From IMG/VR virus record IMGVR_UViG_3300031133_000383, positions 346,635 to 410,634 of that record: a stretch of DNA of 64,000 bases; one strand, 5' to 3'. Position numbers and translations under genes: made by a program. Positions 61,049 through 64,000 of the stretch are shown piece by piece (the first letter of the stretch is position 1; the number at the start of each line of letters is the position of its first letter). Origin of the DNA: a virus (taxonomy: Duplodnaviria; Heunggongvirae; Uroviricota; Caudoviricetes). The notes under the pieces are model-generated. The model was given only the letters and a program-made list of their open reading frames with translations, made no database searches and was not told the DNA's origin.

Positions 61049-61603
61049 AATACTTGAAATGATTTCTTTTTATGCTATAATTACTCATACATAAATTGAA
61101 GGCATCATGACAATGATTGTGTTGCCTAATGAGTGGAATCCATAGGAATATCAGTTTTAGCAGACCGTTTCTGTCCTATGGTTAAAAAATGGAATGTTGT
61201 TGTTCAAGTTTGCCTTTTTTCTTGTCCAACAGTTTACTATCTGGCACAATAATATTAGCCTTAAAAATCTGCAGTGATAGCATTGTATTTCAGGAGGCTA
61301 TCATGTTTTTTTCAGTTATCTACTTGAATCAACAAGATTAGATGCTATACTGACTGGAAAGTTTAATGCTGGTTGTTCCACCAATCAGTACCGAACGTCA
61401 GGTCTATATTAAATGGCAGAGTATCGCCGCCTGATCTCTTTTTTATGATGAAAGGCATCTTGGACTTCGGTTCTGGATTAAAACGGTTGGGTGAACTGGC
61501 CTTTTATCTCATTCTTCTAACCATAAGTGTCACTACTTATGGTTTTTTTATTGCTTATTTTTTTGTTTTTTGATACACTCTCATTATCTAATTTGAGGAT
61601 ACC

Positions 61604-62023
61604 GTGATGACACCTAAATTGCAAATGTTGTGGGACGAACTTGAAAAATTCCTTCGTGATGAAAATCAGCGTCTTCAACAATTCAATAATCTTGAACATC
61701 AACCTCGTAAAGCTGGGGCGGGATCTCTTATTTTTAATCGTAGCCCGAAAACGCAGCTAGTTTTGGGATGGAGTCACTATGACTATAATCATTCTCAAAC
61801 AACTTACAATTTGTGTTTGCAGATTGGTTCTGCAACAAAAAATGCATTGACTAATTATGAGGCAACTCTTAAATCAATAATGTCTTTGCCATCAATTTCT
61901 CATTTTGAAAAAGTAGAACGCTTTGAGAGTGTCACACATGTTTATGATGCAGGTAAAGCTGTCAGTATCATTGCTAAATCAGAGGGTAGTAATTTTTATT
62001 GGATTGGGATTAAACATTCATGA
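61604..62023 (+). CDS. Hypothetical protein
   Basis: GAGGA RBS. Confidence 0.75.
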   Translation: MMTPKLQMLWDELEKFLRDENQRLQQFNNLEHQPRKAGAGSLIFNRSPKTQLVLGWSHYDYNHSQTTYNLCLQIGSATKNALTNYEATLKSIMSLPSISHFEKVERFESVTHVYDAGKAVSIIAKSEGSNFYWIGIKHS

Positions 62024-62805
62024 TTGATTCGCTGTTTGCAAAAATTGATACCATAGAAAAGGCACAAGATCCTGCTTTTCTGTCTATACTCTTTGAAAAA
62101 CTGATTTTACTGCTTGAAACAGTCGGTTTAAATAATAATTATGAATACCACGATTTCAATTTTAAGCCTAAGAAAAAAATAGATGTAGACAAACAACGGT
62201 TTGTCATCAGTTTTCCAGAAGGCATTATTTTTGTAGGTTATCAACAATATTCAGTACAGAAATTTTCTGTTGTTCTTGGTATCAACAATAATGCTCATAC
62301 TGATTTGTCCAAACTTAATTGGTCTATTCACAGTCGTAAATGTTCAATAACTGTCGCCGTAAATAACGATCTTGAATATGAAAGCATGTTTATTCATAAC
62401 AGGCTTAATTTTAGGTTGGAATCAATAAATCCGTTTGATGATTATGTTTCTTGTTTTGATGCAGAATACCATTATGATAAAAACCTTAATGTAAAAAAGA
62501 AATTTAAATTTAGAGAAATGGAACGTTATGATGATATTAGTTTTATTTTTGAATTAACATTACCGCCTATCTTTTATACGAATAATATTCAATTTGAAAA
62601 TCATTTCTTTTCTTTTATGGATGCATTTGAAAAAAATAATCCACTCTTAAAAGAGCTTTTTCCCTTTATTCCTGATTTTTCTACTATTTTACATGACCAT
62701 TCTGCTTTTAATGATATGTGTTTTACTTTTGCTGAAAGATATGAAGATACACGCTCAGATTTTTTTAATAATATATTGGTGTTTGAAATGAGTACTTTTG
62801 TATGA
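62020..62805 (+). CDS. Tandem paralog family protein 1 (C-terminal ILVFEMSTFV)
   Basis: Shares FEK, FPEG/FKDG, LPPIFY.N with next gene. Confidence 0.8.
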   Translation: MIDSLFAKIDTIEKAQDPAFLSILFEKLILLLETVGLNNNYEYHDFNFKPKKKIDVDKQRFVISFPEGIIFVGYQQYSVQKFSVVLGINNNAHTDLSKLNWSIHSRKCSITVAVNNDLEYESMFIHNRLNFRLESINPFDDYVSCFDAEYHYDKNLNVKKKFKFREMERYDDISFIFELTLPPIFYTNNIQFENHFFSFMDAFEKNNPLLKELFPFIPDFSTILHDHSAFNDMCFTFAERYEDTRSDFFNNILVFEMSTFV

Positions 62806-63575
62806 CCATGATTGAAGTCTTCAGTAAAATAAAAACAAAAGAAGATATTTCACCCGATGTGAAACGATTTGTTTTTGAGAAATTCTTAACATTGATGCAG
62901 GATGCTGGTTTTATTGTAGACTATTTATTTGATGACTTTAAAATGTTGTGGATCGGTTCGCTTCCATATACTTTAGGTTTTTTATGTCCATTTAAAGATG
63001 GCCTTCTTAAAATTGGCTATCATGCATTAGAACAAAATTTTAATGTTCAACTAACCATCAATCCAAAAACTAAATTATCAAAACCCCTTTTTATGATTGA
63101 TGACATGTCATCATCAAGCATTTATTTGCAAGTAGATAACGATTTTAATTTTAAATCCATTAATTTCTCTTATCGGATATGTTTTGAAGATGAAGTTGGT
63201 TCTGTAGACTCAGACGGAGCTTTTTTAGATATTGATTACACTTATGACCATGTATCACCTCCTTTAAAAGAATTCAAAATCTGTCAATATTTTACAAGTA
63301 TTGATAGTAATGATTGTGACCATTCATTAAAGCTTCCACCCATCTTTTATAAGAATGATTTAGATTTCGATCATTTATTTTTTGACTATATCTCTAATTT
63401 TACTAAAAAAGATTCTGTATTTAATACTGTGTTTCCCAATACACCTAGCCTTTATGATGTTATAAATGATCCTGCTGTTTTACAACAATTATGCATTCAA
63501 TTTTCTAATGATTACTATGATCATTATTCTGTATTGTGTGATCGTCTATTGGTTTTAAATATGAGTAAGATTTAA
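62802..63575 (+). CDS. Tandem paralog family protein 2 (C-terminal LLVLNMSKI)
   Basis: ATGA overlap; homologous to 62020. Confidence 0.8.
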   Translation: MTMIEVFSKIKTKEDISPDVKRFVFEKFLTLMQDAGFIVDYLFDDFKMLWIGSLPYTLGFLCPFKDGLLKIGYHALEQNFNVQLTINPKTKLSKPLFMIDDMSSSSIYLQVDNDFNFKSINFSYRICFEDEVGSVDSDGAFLDIDYTYDHVSPPLKEFKICQYFTSIDSNDCDHSLKLPPIFYKNDLDFDHLFFDYISNFTKKDSVFNTVFPNTPSLYDVINDPAVLQQLCIQFSNDYYDHYSVLCDRLLVLNMSKI

Positions 63576-64000
63576 TGATAACAATGACACTTTCTGTTTA
63601 TTTGGGAAAAATTAAAAATCAAGATGATGTCGATTTTTATACTTCCATTATTTTCGAAAAGTTCATGAAATTTATGTCATTTACAGGATCTCCACCACCT
63701 TATACCATTAATGATTTTAATATTGTTTTTGAAAGAATTAATGGTCTTTCATTTAGATTGATGTGCTCTTTTCCTGATGGTAGATTAATAATTAATTACA
63801 ATGGTGGCATGCCCACTGTTAAGCTACAATTGAGCAGTATTCCCACTAATATGAAAGAACTGTTTATTTTAGATGATATAAACAATTTATTTGTCATGCC
63901 TTATATCGGTCCTGATTTAGATTTTAACGGTATCTATCTATCATATCGGTTTATGTTTAAACTTGTAGACAATCAAAATGAAGGAGTTATTTGTTATTTT
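63575..64000 (+). CDS. Tandem paralog family protein 3, truncated by window end
   Basis: MITMTLSVYLGKIKNQDD...IFEKFM...CSFPDG; TAATG coupling. Confidence 0.75.
   Translation, partial: MITMTLSVYLGKIKNQDDVDFYTSIIFEKFMKFMSFTGSPPPYTINDFNIVFERINGLSFRLMCSFPDGRLIINYNGGMPTVKLQLSSIPTNMKELFILDDINNLFVMPYIGPDLDFNGIYLSYRFMFKLVDNQNEGVICYF

Noticed and set aside
61107-61277. Short ORF with two in-frame TAG codons
   Set aside because: More consistent with a decayed gene; no independent support for readthrough

Overview
Very AT-rich (roughly 30% GC by eye), mostly plus-strand accessory region of a large (jumbo-like) dsDNA phage. A Gram-negative host is inferred from the lipoprotein, DsbA-like, Spy-like and ZitB-like genes. 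It holds about 100 short, mostly hypothetical genes, and most have their own sigma70-type promoter, often with an intrinsic terminator. No structural or replication genes are recognisable. Recognisable proteins: two RNA ligases (DRB0094/Rnl2-like and T4 RnlA-like), three GNAT acetyltransferases, a DEDDh-like exonuclease, DUF1643, SMI1/KNR4, a PEP-utiliser His-swivel domain fusion, MmcQ/YjbR, SCP2, Lar-like, NADAR-like, a CDF Zn transporter, an HNH endonuclease and a DsbA-family protein. The non-coding content is the most striking. There are 11 conventional tRNAs, an amber (CUA) tRNA, two tRNA-like RNAs with a shared 6-nt YAGAAR anticodon loop and one further T-arm RNA. Three different multi-copy, covarying structured RNA families (two of them pseudoknotted) sit mostly in tRNA operons. 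A promoter-to-terminator transcript carries three SD-ATG-(CAG)-TAA minigenes at exact 102-nt spacing. At protein level, eight or nine otherwise dissimilar hypothetical proteins share a C-terminal hydrophobic-x-hydrophobic-hydrophobic-[EDKQN]-M-x3-4 motif. All structures and family calls were made by eye; no searches were run.
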